DNA from: Anthoceros angustus
Taxonomy: Eukaryota; Plantae; Anthocerotophyta
Direction of reading: 5' to 3'
DNA: 64,000 nt
Assembly (NCBI GenBank): GCA_010909165.1
Contig: MU008187.1
Coordinates: 624,247 to 688,246, forward strand
A program made the position numbers and the translations under genes. How positions within the stretch are numbered: the stretch's first letter is position 1; each line of letters opens with the position of its first letter. Of the stretch, positions 15,480 to 27,380 are shown piece after piece. The notes under the pieces are model-generated. The model did no database searches and was not told the DNA's origin. It worked only from the letters and a program-made list of their open reading frames with translations.

Positions 15480-16510
15480 CTACCTGTACTCATACAACCA
15501 CGGTGACGTTATTTCGTTTGTCTTCTACTTACAATGGACCCTCATCAGGTGATGTCCCACCAGACTTCCTCCAAAAGCACCATTCTATTTATTTCTCCCA
15601 CACAAATCCGACATAATCAGCAATAGATGTGCACCAATATCATTACATATCTATTGTTGACAGCCACTCCCTCATCTATCATCCAAGTAGCCAATCAGTA
15701 GTACATCCTCGAAGAACAAACCCCAAAAACTATGGTGATTGTCTTGTTGGCCATTTAACCCTAAATCTACTCCCAAGATACAGCATGTCAGTATCCCTAC
15801 TGAGATAATGTTATCCAGAGGTCTAACCAATCAGAAACGAGGATCATGAAAGTCATAATTGATATCCAGAAATGGCAGAAATACGCAGCGGATGCTCATC
15901 CAAGCAAGGACCAATAATAAAGTAGAGCATCATGATCAAGCAATTGGTGGTTGGCAGCACAATACCCTCTTGATAAAGGCTCTTTAAGAGTCCCCAATAA
16001 CACATGGGACTATACCAATAAAACTAGAGCATGTGTCTCGTTGTCACCACAAGGACCGATTAAGTTCAAAGGAGACACCATCTTATGTAACCTCAATCAA
16101 TCAAGGAAGGCACTTTCGACACACCGGACCCTACACTCTATCAACTCCGAATCTGCTCCCAAGATACAGCAAATCAGTATCCCCACTAAGATAATGTTGT
16201 TATCCTGAGGTCTAATCAATCAGAAACGAGGCTTACAGAAGCCATCATTGATAAACAGAAACGGCACAAAAGCCGATAAACAAAAACGGTACAAAGCCAT
16301 CATGGATAAATAGAAACGGCACAAAAGCAATCATTGATAAACAGAAATGGCACAAAAGCCATCATGAATAAACAGAAACGGCCCAAAAGGCATCATTGAT
16401 AAACATAAATGGCACAAAAGCCATCATTAATGCAACACGATGCCCTCCCTATACAGGTTCTTTAAGAGTCCCAACAACACATCGGACTATACAAATAAAA
16501 CCCAAGAGTT
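15480..16510 (-). mobile_element. Degenerate, patchwork-duplicated TE sequence, possibly the C-terminal region of an L1-like LINE
   Basis: Diverged direct repeats 15769-15842/16155-16231 and 15979-16030/16455-16500. Minus-strand translation FVWEK*NRMVLLEEVWW resembles the LINE IWxERNxxxF motif. Many stops. Confidence 0.4.
16241..16428 (+). repeat. 31-bp minisatellite, about 6 copies
   Basis: Unit gccatcattgataaacagaaacggcacaaaa, with one internally deleted copy and no unique spacers. Confidence 0.9.
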
Positions 16511-16619
16511 CTCTCAGTTGGTTGTTGCCAACTTTTACTACCAAGGCGAAGAGGCTGACAAAGCCAACCGCATCTCCAATCTAATGTCAGGAAGTAAAAC
16601 ATGAATACAATCCATAAAA

Positions 16620-16690
16620 AATTGTATGCAATGTGTAACAAATTGTATGCACTTTATAACAAATTATATGCAATATGTAATAAATTGTAA
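16620..16690 (+). repeat. 21-bp tandem repeat, about 3 copies
   Basis: aattgtatgcaatgtgtaaca-like units. Confidence 0.8.
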
Positions 16691-18900
16691 CAAGGTCAGA
16701 GAGATCGATCAGCAGCAACTAAGTAAACTAAGAGAGATGATCCAAGAAAGAAAGATATCGCGCATGACATCATTGTATGTTTGCTGCGAAGGGAATGCTA
16801 TGCATAGGTCAAGGACGGATATTGGTTAGCTGAGACTGCGAATGCCCTAAAGTCTGGCTTTTAGAGACGGACATGTATAGATGCCTTTGCCAACTTTTGT
16901 TGTTGAGCCGAAGAGGCGGACAAAAATTTGATAGAATGTTCATCAAGCTAGTTCCTCTCCTTCAAGCACAGTTACACACATATCGAGGTCGTTCTAGGTT
17001 TCCCAGGAGAAAGAATGAAGCCCATCATAGGCCTTTCACATCAATAAGGACAAGGATGAGCCGGTGAGTCAAGATTAATTCATCGAAGCTTCATAGTCTT
17101 GGCTTTCAGCTGTTTTGAGCCCTTCAGATCAAGTGAGATTTTAACCTCAAAGATTAAGCGTTTGTGGTGGTGGATTGAAACCATGCTTTGGGACACCTGC
17201 AGAAACAATAGACACAACATACTGGTTGCACGCAAGCTTGATTGCAATGTAATCAAGTATTCGACTAGTGGGCGCAACAGAAATGGAAGTGCAGTTAGCA
17301 AGATGTTATCACCAAGAAACCTAAGAAGTCCTTGCTACTGTTGAGGAGAAGCAAGTTCAACGTACAACTTGCAAGTGAAGGAGGCTATGTTTAGCTGCAA
17401 TGCTGTTTCAGCCAATTTTTTTAGAAGGTCGGCCTCTTGTGAATAGAGTGCGTAACATTTCAATTACTATGGACTTTGAAATTCGTTCTATGGACTCTGG
17501 AATTCGTGCTACCTCAACTATATAAGTAGTATTTCTCAATTATAATCTAAGATTGAATTTTAAGCGGGTTGATTCCCTGCCTTCTAAGCCTGCTTTTTCA
17601 TTGTGTTCATTCCGTTCCATCTTTTTTTCATAATAAAGTATCCTATTCCTTTTTCATTGTGTTTACTTCATTAAAGGCAAAAGGTAGCCTTCTAGTTCTG
17701 CGTTTTCGTTGTGTTCACTCCATTAAAGACAAAACGTAAGCTAAAGGTAGGCTGTTAGTTTATCATACATCAGCATTGGTAAAGCCACTAAATGCGAGGA
17801 GGCTACTAACAAATTTGTCACTTTGATTCCCAAGCACAACACTTTCACTTTGAAATCCCATGATGTTGTAGAGGCTTGGCTAACAACCCTCGTGGTAATT
17901 CATTGACATACTCCACCTTGATCGTGTCTTTACGTGCAACTTACCATTGAATGGGACCATTCATCTTAACCTGAAATCTATTTTGCAAGCCATTTAAAAA
18001 GAAACTCATTACAAAACAATGAAACCAACAACTTGGGAACTTATAAACGTTCTCGCCCTCTGACTATCATGAACACACAAACTAACAAGACTCCATCAGA
18101 CAGACTCCACTATTGATCCATCTCCACTACATACACTCAACAAAATGAACATGAAGGACACATCAAAATACCCAACTATTACCACCACCTACAGATATTT
18201 GCACGTACCAACGCGAATAGCAGACATAATACACAACCTTCACATGAGTCTTTCCGTTAATTTAAATGGGACATACAGCTTCCCTCATCCTGCTTGTCTC
18301 ATATGTTAGGAAGGCCCACTTTCCGATGCTGGATACACATCTCCTCACCTTGTGGTTCGCCCGATGAACATCTACATATGCTGGTTTCCTCGGAACACCT
18401 ACGCATGCTGATTTCCTTGGAGGGAAAGCACTAAGTGACCGGGATAGCCAACCGTATGTCCCCACAAAGTGATGTCATGGGTTTCCTAAACACGAGAATC
18501 CTACAGGGTATGCGCTGCCCTCATATATATACACAAGGAAGGTATGGTGCTTACATACATATGTACATACAAAGTCCCTACAAACAGACTCCCAGGAGAG
18601 GATAGAGAGTGAAAGCAGGAAGAGGGATGTGGGGTGGGACCGTGTCTCCGCGTGGCTCCATCTTATATGCCGGCACTTTGTCGCGTCTCAAAATATCTTG
18701 TCGACTCTGCCACCAGCAATCCGTCCGTCCAGAGGGGTCTGACCCGGACGACGTTTTCCGGGAGCAAGGCCAGGCATCCGGCGCTTGGAGCGGATATGGT
18801 GCGCTTTTCGAAACCGGCCTGCGCTGGCGAGACGCGACTCGCTCGGCCGCAGTTGCAGTCGACCCAGCGTCGACTGCGGTAACGCTGCACCTTCCCACAG

Positions 18901-18942
18901 CCGCATTCCGCATTCCGCATTCCGCACTCCGCACTCCGCAAT
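18901..18942 (+). repeat. 7-bp tandem repeat (ccgcaHt)6
   Basis: ccgcatt x3, ccgcact x2, ccgcaat x1. Confidence 0.9.
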
Positions 18943-20102
18943 CGGGAAGAAAGCGGGCCGCGATGTGATCTTAACCTATCCAGTCTACTGGCTCACCTAA
19001 CGGGGCCGGGAACGAGGCGACAGCAGCAAGAAGCAGACGCGATTCGGGAGGGAAAGCTGGAGTCACATGATTGTTGCCGCACAGGGAGCAGAGGTTGGAA
19101 GCAGGAACGAGCGGCGCAGAGACCAGCGCGGCGCCGCATAATGCAAATATGCCACCGCAACGCACATTCTCACAAGCGGACAGCAATCGCATCGCAAATG
19201 CATGCCTCCCTTCCTCCCCGACGCGTGTTGCCTCTCTCATCGCGACGTGGCCCCGCCTTGGCGCCCGAGCGCCCGACCCCCCGACCCGCGCTGCATTCCT
19301 GTTCCCATTCGCCCGTTCCCCGCCCGGGGCTCCCAAAACGGCCCAGCCTGCGAATGAAATGCCCGCATTTGATATCCACCGGCCACCTGGGGGCCCGGTG
19401 GCCGCCCACCGGGAACCCGGCACGTGTGCGCGCGGTCGCCCGCTGGCCCCGGTCACCGACCGCGACGCCAACCCCAACCGCCGGCCAGGCCGCACCCATT
19501 GGCCTCCGGCAGGATGGCCGGCGTGGCCCAAGATTTTTCCGTCGGGACGCCAAGGATTTCGCCCCGCTCGCCCACCGGGCTGGAGCGGCTGGATTTCTAG
19601 TCGCAACAGCCCTCTTCCTTCCAGGCACCGGCAGAGCAGCAGGAGCTCCGTCTCCTCTCCGCCCCTCCCCTCTCCTCCCCCGTCGCCTCCCTTCACAACG
19701 GGAAATCCCATTCCCGTAACGTTGCACACTGTCGCCGACCTCCCCGGGTCGCTTCCCTTCCCCTCCCCGATTCCGTTCCCGGGGGAATTCCTGGCCTTGA
19801 GCCTTGCCCAGCGCAGGATTCTGGTTTCCCAGCTGCGCGCATTTTGCATGCACGGAGAGAGCTGCGAGCCTGGGGAGATGGCGGCCGCATTTTTGAAGGT
19901 GGCCCGATTCTGGGCAGCGCCAGCCCGGGGTGGGAGGCGGGTGCTGAGCCTGTGAGGGCAGCTGGAGGAAGGGAGGCTGGGAGGATGGCATTTTGAGAGG
20001 TAGATGCCGAGGGGCCTGAGTGGGGCGGGCTGCGAGAGCCCGTTGTCGGAGGGGAGGAATCGGGGATCCAGTCTCGGGAGCCAGGGGTGGTGTGGGTAGA
20101 GG

Positions 20103-22250
20103 ATGGGTGTTGAGGTTGTGCATCTCTTTTCCTTCTCCGTTGCATTCACACCTGCACCAGGTGCGTGTCGGACGAATTCGGCGGCCTCTCCCGACCTCGC
20201 CTTGGCAGCTGAGGATTCCCGGGTGCTGCTGCCGGGGAGGCGGCATTCGGATGCGTCGCTGCACGCCTCCGGGCCGGCCAGAGCCGGGCTGCAAGGGGGA
20301 TGCTTCGGGGCTGCTTCCGGGGAGGAGTGTGCGGGGAGAGGAGGGGTGTTGGAGTTTGCGAGGGCGAGCTTCTGGGGGGACCGGGAGCAGCTGCGAGCGA
20401 ATCCGGGGGGGAGGCTGGCGAGGCAGCCGTCGGGTTGCGCGTGTGCCCGGCTGTACGATGATTTTGGGAGGGAGAGTGGGCCTGATGAGGATGGGGGTGC
20501 TGGGAACTCCTGCTTTTCCAAGGGGCAGGTGGAGGACAGGCCTGCCTCCGAGAGCTCGGGTGGCGGGGAGCCTTCTGGGACCTCGAATGGGGATTCTGAT
20601 TCCCCCAGGCTCGGGGACAGGACGTTCAGGCTCATGAGCCGGCGCCTGGCAGCTGCCTGCAGCTCGGAGCTTGACGGGGATGGGGGCCAGGCTGCATTCG
20701 GGGCCCAGGGCGGGAGGGAGAAGAAGAACAAGATTAAGGAGCAGGTGGCTGGCGGAGTGCAGATTCCCTCGTCCCTCAGGGACCTGAGGCGGAAGGCGAG
20801 AGCTAGGACTGTGGAAGGTGGGGTGGAGGGAGTACTAGTGGCGGGAGTTGGTGCTGGTCTTGTAGGAGACTCGGCTGCCACCTGCTGTGCTTTGAAGAAT
20901 GCTTTGGCGTCCATAGTTTTTATGATGCGGGCGCTGCAGAGCTACTCTGTGTACATGCGGGAGGTGCTGTTTGCGCATGCGGATGCCGATAGTCAGGAGC
21001 TGGCAGCCCTGGTGGGAAAGGAGATGCATGGTTCTGTGCTGTGGCTGTTCGAACGAGTGTATTCCTGCTCGCCCAAGCTCATGGTGTCGCTCATGATTCT
21101 GCTGGCCAACTTTACGGTCTTCTCCATGGGGAGCAATGTTGCCAGAGCTGCGCTGGTGGAGGAGTCCACAGTGTCCATGACGCCGACATTGGTAGACCAC
21201 AGGTTGGGGTTGGGGGAACATGATATGTTGCCTTTTAAGGACTCCGGGAGCTGTCCACAGGCTCAGTCCGACTCTGTACCATATCCTTTCAGCGGCCCGT
21301 CCCTGCGCAATTGCGCTGCCTCTGATCTCACAGGCTCCTACCATTCGTCGTCTAGGTTTGGCTCAGGTGGGGGCCATACTAGGAGTGTACCAGTAGCAGG
21401 ATCGCATGGTGGTGATTCTGGGAACGGAGGGTCGTTCCAGCACAGACCCGGGCTTCCCCAGGATGAGCCCGGTGCCAGCAGGTTTGTGGACTCCTCAGGA
21501 GCTGAGCATCTCAACATGCTGGCTGCCAGCGAATGGCTGGCGGAAGATGAAGAAGAGGCAGGCAAGGCAGGGGTTACCCTGGCAGTCTCCACTGCCGAGG
21601 CCACGGTGTCTAGCACCTCGCAGCTTGCCAAGCCCGAACCTTCGCTGAAAGAGCTCCTGGAGGAGACGGTGAAGGAGCTGGAGCTCAGGAGTGGTGAACC
21701 CTACCACCATGTGTATCTCGACCAGGAGACCATCCGTAGATTAGTGGCCCCGGTTACCGTAAAGATGGAGAGAGACGACTACATCTGCTTCGACCGTACT
21801 GATCTGGAGTACCAGCATGCGATCGGGGCTGAGCCCAGCAACCCTTTGCTGCTTGCAAACTATGCACAGTTCCTATACGTTGTCCGCCATAAGAACGACA
21901 GGTAACATCGCTGTTCCTAAACGTACTGTACTGTCTGCTACTGTAGTGTTCTTCCAGATAGACTGTAGCACACACATGCTGATGGAAAGCTTTTCCCGTG
22001 CGTTTTTGGTGTGTGCAGTGCCGAAGCCTTGTTCCACAGGGCTCTTGAGGCAGATCCAGCTGATGGAGATGTCATCGGGCGGTTCGCCAGCTTTTTGTGG
22101 CTTGCTCGAGGTGACTGTGCAGGTGCGGAGAGGGCTTACAAAGCTGCCATCGCCTTGGAGCCCTCCAACCCCTACCATGCAGGGAGCTATGCACATTTCC
22201 TGTGGCACTCTGAAGAAGACAGTGCCTGCATCATGAGCCCCATGACCTGA
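20103..22250 (+). CDS. TPR-repeat protein (At1g07280/At2g29670-like family), 2 exons
   Basis: Starts MGVEVV. Conserved block IPSSLRDLRRK...CCALKNALASIVFMMRALQSY...VGKEMHGSVLWLFERVYSCSPKLMVSLMILLANFTVFS. C-terminal TPRs NPLLLANYAQFLY, VIGRFASFLW and YHAGSYAHFLW. Intron 21902-22018. Confidence 0.9.
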
Positions 22251-22855
22251 GTGATAGATCAGTGTCTCGGAAGGAGTACACCATAGTCTCGTTTTTTCTC
22301 TCTGCTTTCAAGTTCGATGCACAAGTGAGCGTCAACTTAACGAGCTGTATAGTAAGCACCATCTCCAACTGATGGTGATGGTGGTGCCAATACATACAGG
22401 GAAGCTCAGCTGTTTGTTGTGACTGGGAAGAGATGTTGTGAAGCAGCACAGCATGGCGATGTTGTTGGATCCCTCCAATTTTTGTTGTTGGGGAACTCCA
22501 ATTTTTTCAAGTTGGGAGTTGTAGCTGTGTGCGTTCAATACAGGCTACTGTAATGCAGGTTGTTGATCGTTTTTGTGGTGTAACTTTTCATGTCAAGCCT
22601 CTGGAACATAATAGATTCCTAAAGGGATGTTACAGTACCGGCAGTGGTTGTTTGGAACGTGGTGGACTGTCGACATGATCACAATGTATCTCAAATGGTG
22701 CGTGCATTCGCCGCTGGAACCCAAGTCAGGGGATTACAAAATGATTAGGCCAGCTACATCAATTCCTCGATGGATATAACTTCCGTATGATTCACAGTTT
22801 GCGCAACGCATTCTGGGCGACATGGGTCACGTGAGCTTGGCAGAATCAGCAGGCT

Positions 22856-25682
22856 TCAGCTTTGAAGAGAAGTTTTATGAGCAGTTTCAGATGAGAAAGG
22901 GGATCCGTAAGGGGCAGCTAGACCCAGGAACCGCATTATCCTAATGCGCCGCAACTTCTTCTCAGGTCTCCTGTGTCCGATGTCCTCCTCCTGCACCACA
23001 GACATTGCAGCTAGCAAATGAAGACGACTGATGCATTCCCACCAGGGCGAAGAGAAATAACTCATGACACTTGCTGAGTAGCTGGCCTCGCTAATTACAA
23101 GGATCACACCTTTAGGCTCCGTTCTTTGACCTTAGCTCCCTTTTTTCTGGCACCAGCGGTATGACATACCTCGAACTGGACCTTGGGTTTCCTTGTTCTT
23201 GAAGCCCTTCGCTTTTCTGGTTCCCCATTCTCAGATTTTGCTTGTACAGAGCCATCTTGAGACCCCTTCGTCCCTGCAGGAACAGAATCTGCATGAGCAA
23301 CCGTCGACAAAACACTACGGACGGTTCTTGGTAGCATGTTCAGAACGTAGTTAACCATTAGCGTCTGCTTTTTGCGAGCTCTGCTCTGACTCGGAAGCTG
23401 GGCCATCCCAGTTCAGTGGTAGTTTTCCTGAAGTCCTGAACTCTACGGCCTGCATGCAAGATTTGATCCCACGACGTAAGCGCCGAATCAACCAGCACAG
23501 GTCATGCTTTAACAACACTAAAAAGCGGATCATACCTCTTGCACTCCTTTTGTCAATAACTTTTTCCGTGTTCGAGACCTCTCTTGTAGCTTCTGCCATC
23601 TCAAAGTATGTTCAGCGCATTAGCAACTGCGTGACCTTTCTGCAGGTACCAAATAGCCCAGACTTGGCATAGCTTACCACATCGAATTTCGACAAGCCCG
23701 TATTGGGATCCACCCAAGCACTGCAAGTCAGGCAAACCACAACTTGTTCAGCTTGCCAGTCTGAACAGTAAAGCAGATCAGCATCTAAAACAAGAGCAGT
23801 CAAGGAGGGCATTAGAGCACGAACTGGTCATAGGTGCCGAAGAAGCGCACCGCAAGATCATGTGCTGCATGTTTATCGCCTTTAAAGTCCTCATTTAGAT
23901 CTCTCTCATCCCGTACCTGCGTTCAAGTTTTGCAGATCCTTGTTTGTCCTTGAAGCTTCTTTCCAATCAGAACACCACTGTGCGTGTACACGCATTGGCA
24001 ACCAAGCATAGTACCTGAGCAGGCCACCAGGGGAAACGGCCAAACTTTGCCCAAACAACTTCACCCGGAGCAAATAGTGCATTCTGACTAGTTCCCTCTC
24101 CAATACCTGGAAGGTCAACCTCCATACCAGCTGACATACGAGTATCCTCCCCTGGAGACCTGAACGCTACAACAGCCATGTGAGCAAAACATTTGCCCCT
24201 ACGGAATCACCTGAACGCCCACCCAGGAGGCTGGAGGCAAACCTTTCATGCGAATCATGGCCATTGGCAGCCACATCATCGTCAGAACGGTACTCTAGTT
24301 TGGCAGGCCCCCGATGACCTCCAAAACCTTCCAATCCTCGATCGGGGCTGGCACTGGTTGCTTCTGCATTGGACCCATCCTTGTCACCTTCATAGTCATC
24401 ACCTGTTTCCAAGCATTTCAGCCCAAAAGAGTTAACTTGACAAGCACCTTGCCATGAATACTCGGAACCTCAACCCCAGCAAGGGATCAGAGCATCTGCC
24501 TCCTCAACCGACTCTCAAACACATCACTTGCATGACAGTCAGCAACGGGTTTCAACATATCCAGCCCCTAGCTGCAAGCTTAATTGCAAACAACACATCG
24601 GATCCTTGCTGACGAAGTTAGCACTAAACAGGACGATGATATCGAACAGACAAGGAGCCGACGTGAATGAAACACCAAAGAGAAGGGAAGACAGTGCCCT
24701 GACCAAAAGAATTGTGGCTCCTGTGACTCAAATGTTGTATTCAATCATCAGTTAGCGACGAACATAACATGCTCTTCTCGTTAACGTAAGCTTCACGTTT
24801 TGACGAAAACTTCAGTATACTTCTACTAATCTTCATTCCAGAAAAACACTCTAACCTTCTGAGCCTGTCAAGTGCTCTTCTTCCTCAATGCCATCCTCCC
24901 GCCAATCCATGCCTCGTTCTTTGCCAGGTTCTTTATCTCTCTCTGTTAAAATTTCAACCAACTCTCTCATCACAGATTCTCAGCCACAGCGCAATGACCC
25001 CGCAGAGACTCCCCACAAACTTTTCTACAACCCGCACAAAGTAATAGGACACTATCTGGTCTCCAGAGAGCAGGGGGGGAGTACCAGAGCCCCAGGAGAC
25101 ACACCCGCAACAGACCTACAACAAGGTCAGCACTGTACACCTCCTCAGCATCCTCTCACTGAATTAGCGTCACAGCCCATTCAGAAAGACCGCAGCAAAC
25201 CAACCGCACCAGGCCCGCCAAGTGAAGCCATGCTCGGCGATGGTGCCTGGCTTGCTGGGGTCACTAACCGGGCTGCTTTCACCAATTCATCTTCCCGGGT
25301 GAAATTGCGCAAGATGTTCACCAACAACAGCCGGGCGTGAACGCACTCCCAACAGAGCTACGTCCGAAATGCTGCTCTCCAGACAAAAGGTGGATGAAAA
25401 CCCAGACACCGAAGGCAACAAGCGATTCAGGCATCTACAGCGCAATCCCCTGGTCCTCCACAGGTGCAAATTGGCAATTCAGAGGCAACCATGCGGGGGC
25501 AGGCAGATGAAGAAACCTCGCAAGTCGATCACATGGTTCTCGTAGCTGTCGGAGTCGTAGGCGGGCGAAGCCCTTTCTGGAGTCTGCGCACGTGCTCCTG
25601 CTGCTCTGCCACCGGCCTCCCCAGGCCCCCTTTGTTCCTGCTCCTCCTCCTCCTGCTCACCTGGCGGGCTCCCTCTGCGCAT
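22856..25682 (-). CDS. PWWP-domain protein, multi-exon; start tentative
   Basis: GEVVWAKFGRFPWWPAQ|VRDER...VRFFGTYDH|AWVDP assembled across GT-AG introns. C-terminus IMRFLGLAAPYGSPF. Putative exon 1 MRRGSPPG (25661-25682) is phase-compatible with the acceptor near 24403. Confidence 0.8.
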
Positions 25683-26277
25683 GTCTGCGCTGCCTACCAG
25701 CTTCGACTGGATGCTGGGACAGGAGGCTTGGAAACGATGCTGTCTCACCAGTTTATATACGCGCTGCTGAAGATGGTGGCCAGCAAGCGCAAGGTGTTCG
25801 TTAGCAAATGTACTCGACTCACTTTGCGCGTTTCATCCCCACGTTTTTAAACTCGTTAAACTCCTAATTCTTGGAGCATGATGCGGATTTTGCCAAGTTT
25901 GCCAACGGGAACGGAATCCAAACTAGGTAGACAACGTATGTCCCACTGTTCCACTCGCGGCATCTTGGTCAATCGAGCTCGCGCTTGGATTTTGCCGAGT
26001 TCGCCAATGGAAACGAAATCAGATCTGGACAACGTCTGCCCGACAAGCCGCGACGGCATCTCAGCCGTTCCAGCTCTCGGGCAAGCTCGAGCTCGCGCGG
26101 ATCAGAGCTACATAATCGCAAAGCGAAAGGGAAGACAGCTCTGCGATGTAGTAGATGTTGGAGCAATCACCGAGGACGCGAGTACCCCAGATTCCTTGTC
26201 TGATATCAGGAATAAGGAGTAGTGCCCTATTTTGAATCGAGAGTGGCCAAAACGGCCTGTCCACGCTGACGCAGAAT

Positions 26278-26358
26278 TGTTGACAATGGGATTCGAACCC
26301 ATGCCCTTTCGGACCAGAACCTTAATCTGGCGCCTTAGACCAACTCGGCCATGTCAAC
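26278..26358 (-). tRNA. trnL-AAG: tRNA-Leu(AAG)
   Basis: GTTGACATGGCCGAGTTGGTCTAAGGCGCCAGATTAAGGTTCTGGTCCGAAAGGGCATGGGTTCGAATCCCATTGTCAACA. Acceptor stem, CCAGA/TCTGG anticodon stem with TTAAGGT loop, long variable arm and TTCGAATCC T-loop. TTTT terminator about 25 nt downstream. Confidence 0.97.
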
Positions 26359-26611
26359 TCGTTGACTGCAAATCGTTGACAATGAAATTTAAACCTGTGC
26401 TCTTTCGGCCAGAACCGCGCTTCACTATCCTTGAATTAAACTCTTATTTTGTTAGTTAAATACCTTGCCACCACTAACTATATATGTATAGTAGTTCCCA
26501 TTCTCCGCCAGATTCAAAACCAAGATGCCTTGGCCTCTTGGCCGGAGACGGTCTGTGTGACACAACTAAGCAAAGCTTAAGCTTTCGGAGTTGTAGGGAT
26601 AACTAGCAACA

Positions 26612-26797
26612 CTCATCTTGCTTGGGCAATGCATCAAACACCTCCTATGCATTAACCATACACCCTAATCACTTAGCATACATGTTTATCAAAGTGATCG
26701 ACACAAATGCATCAGCTTGAAGTCCTTTTGCATGAGTGCATATACGCATATTTGCATGAAGCTGCCTTTCGAAATGCAATGCTGCCACATTTGCACA
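26612..26797 (-). pseudogene. PPR gene fragment, inverted paralog of 34340-34508
   Basis: Translates CANVAALHFERQLHA...KGLQADAFVSITLINMYAK versus CANVAALHLGRQLHAEIKEKGLQADLFVASSLINMYAK in the intact gene. Nucleotide similarity continues through ggaggtgtttgatgcattgcccaa. Confidence 0.85.
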
Positions 26798-26967
26798 ACC
26801 GAAAGTCACATCTTCGACTTGGACTTGAATTACCCATGATGGAGGACTGGATGGGATAATTAATTCACACTCACTTACTCTTAGCAAATAGAACCAAACG
26901 AAATCTTTGCAGCTTCTCTGGTCGGAAACGAGGTTGCGCAGAGTCTTCCGGACAAAATGAGGAGACT

Positions 26968-27092
26968 TGGAGATCTATTGCCCGAAATTTCTGAAAAGGA
27001 GCCGAACCCTTGCCCTTACAAGACAAAATAAGGAGTCTTGGAGATCCATTGCCCGAAATTTCCGATTAGGAGCCGAACCCTTGCCCTTACAA
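26968..27092 (+). repeat. About 70-bp tandem duplication in probable TE-derived sequence
   Basis: ttggagatc(t/c)attgcccgaaattt...ggagccgaacccttgcccttacaa occurs twice. Confidence 0.85.
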
Positions 27093-27380
27093 ACCAGAAC
27101 CTTAGATCAACGACAACCAAGACGACAACAACACTTCACCTATAATCGTCAACAACCTTAACATGGCGCCTTTGGATGCATAGCCGCTTACCAATGAAAG
27201 TAGTCCTATCCCACTAGATCAAGTTGGAGGTCCTCAAGTCTCAATCTCGGTGGGTCGCCCTGTAGATGATCAACCATACGAATCTCTCAATATAATATCC
27301 TTCTTTCGGCTTGTGAAGTGGGATGAACTCCAAGTAAACCATATCATATGACATAGTGAACAATGACTTTGTGTCCTCCT

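Noticed and set aside
16241-16428. CRISPR-like array
   Set aside because: Units are contiguous with no unique spacers, and the context is eukaryotic.
18971-20914. 647-aa antisense ORF, plus 374-aa and 294-aa ORFs, over and upstream of the TPR gene
   Set aside because: Very GC-rich region with several frames open at once. The translation is Pro/Ser/Ala low-complexity with no motif, best explained as shadow ORFs.
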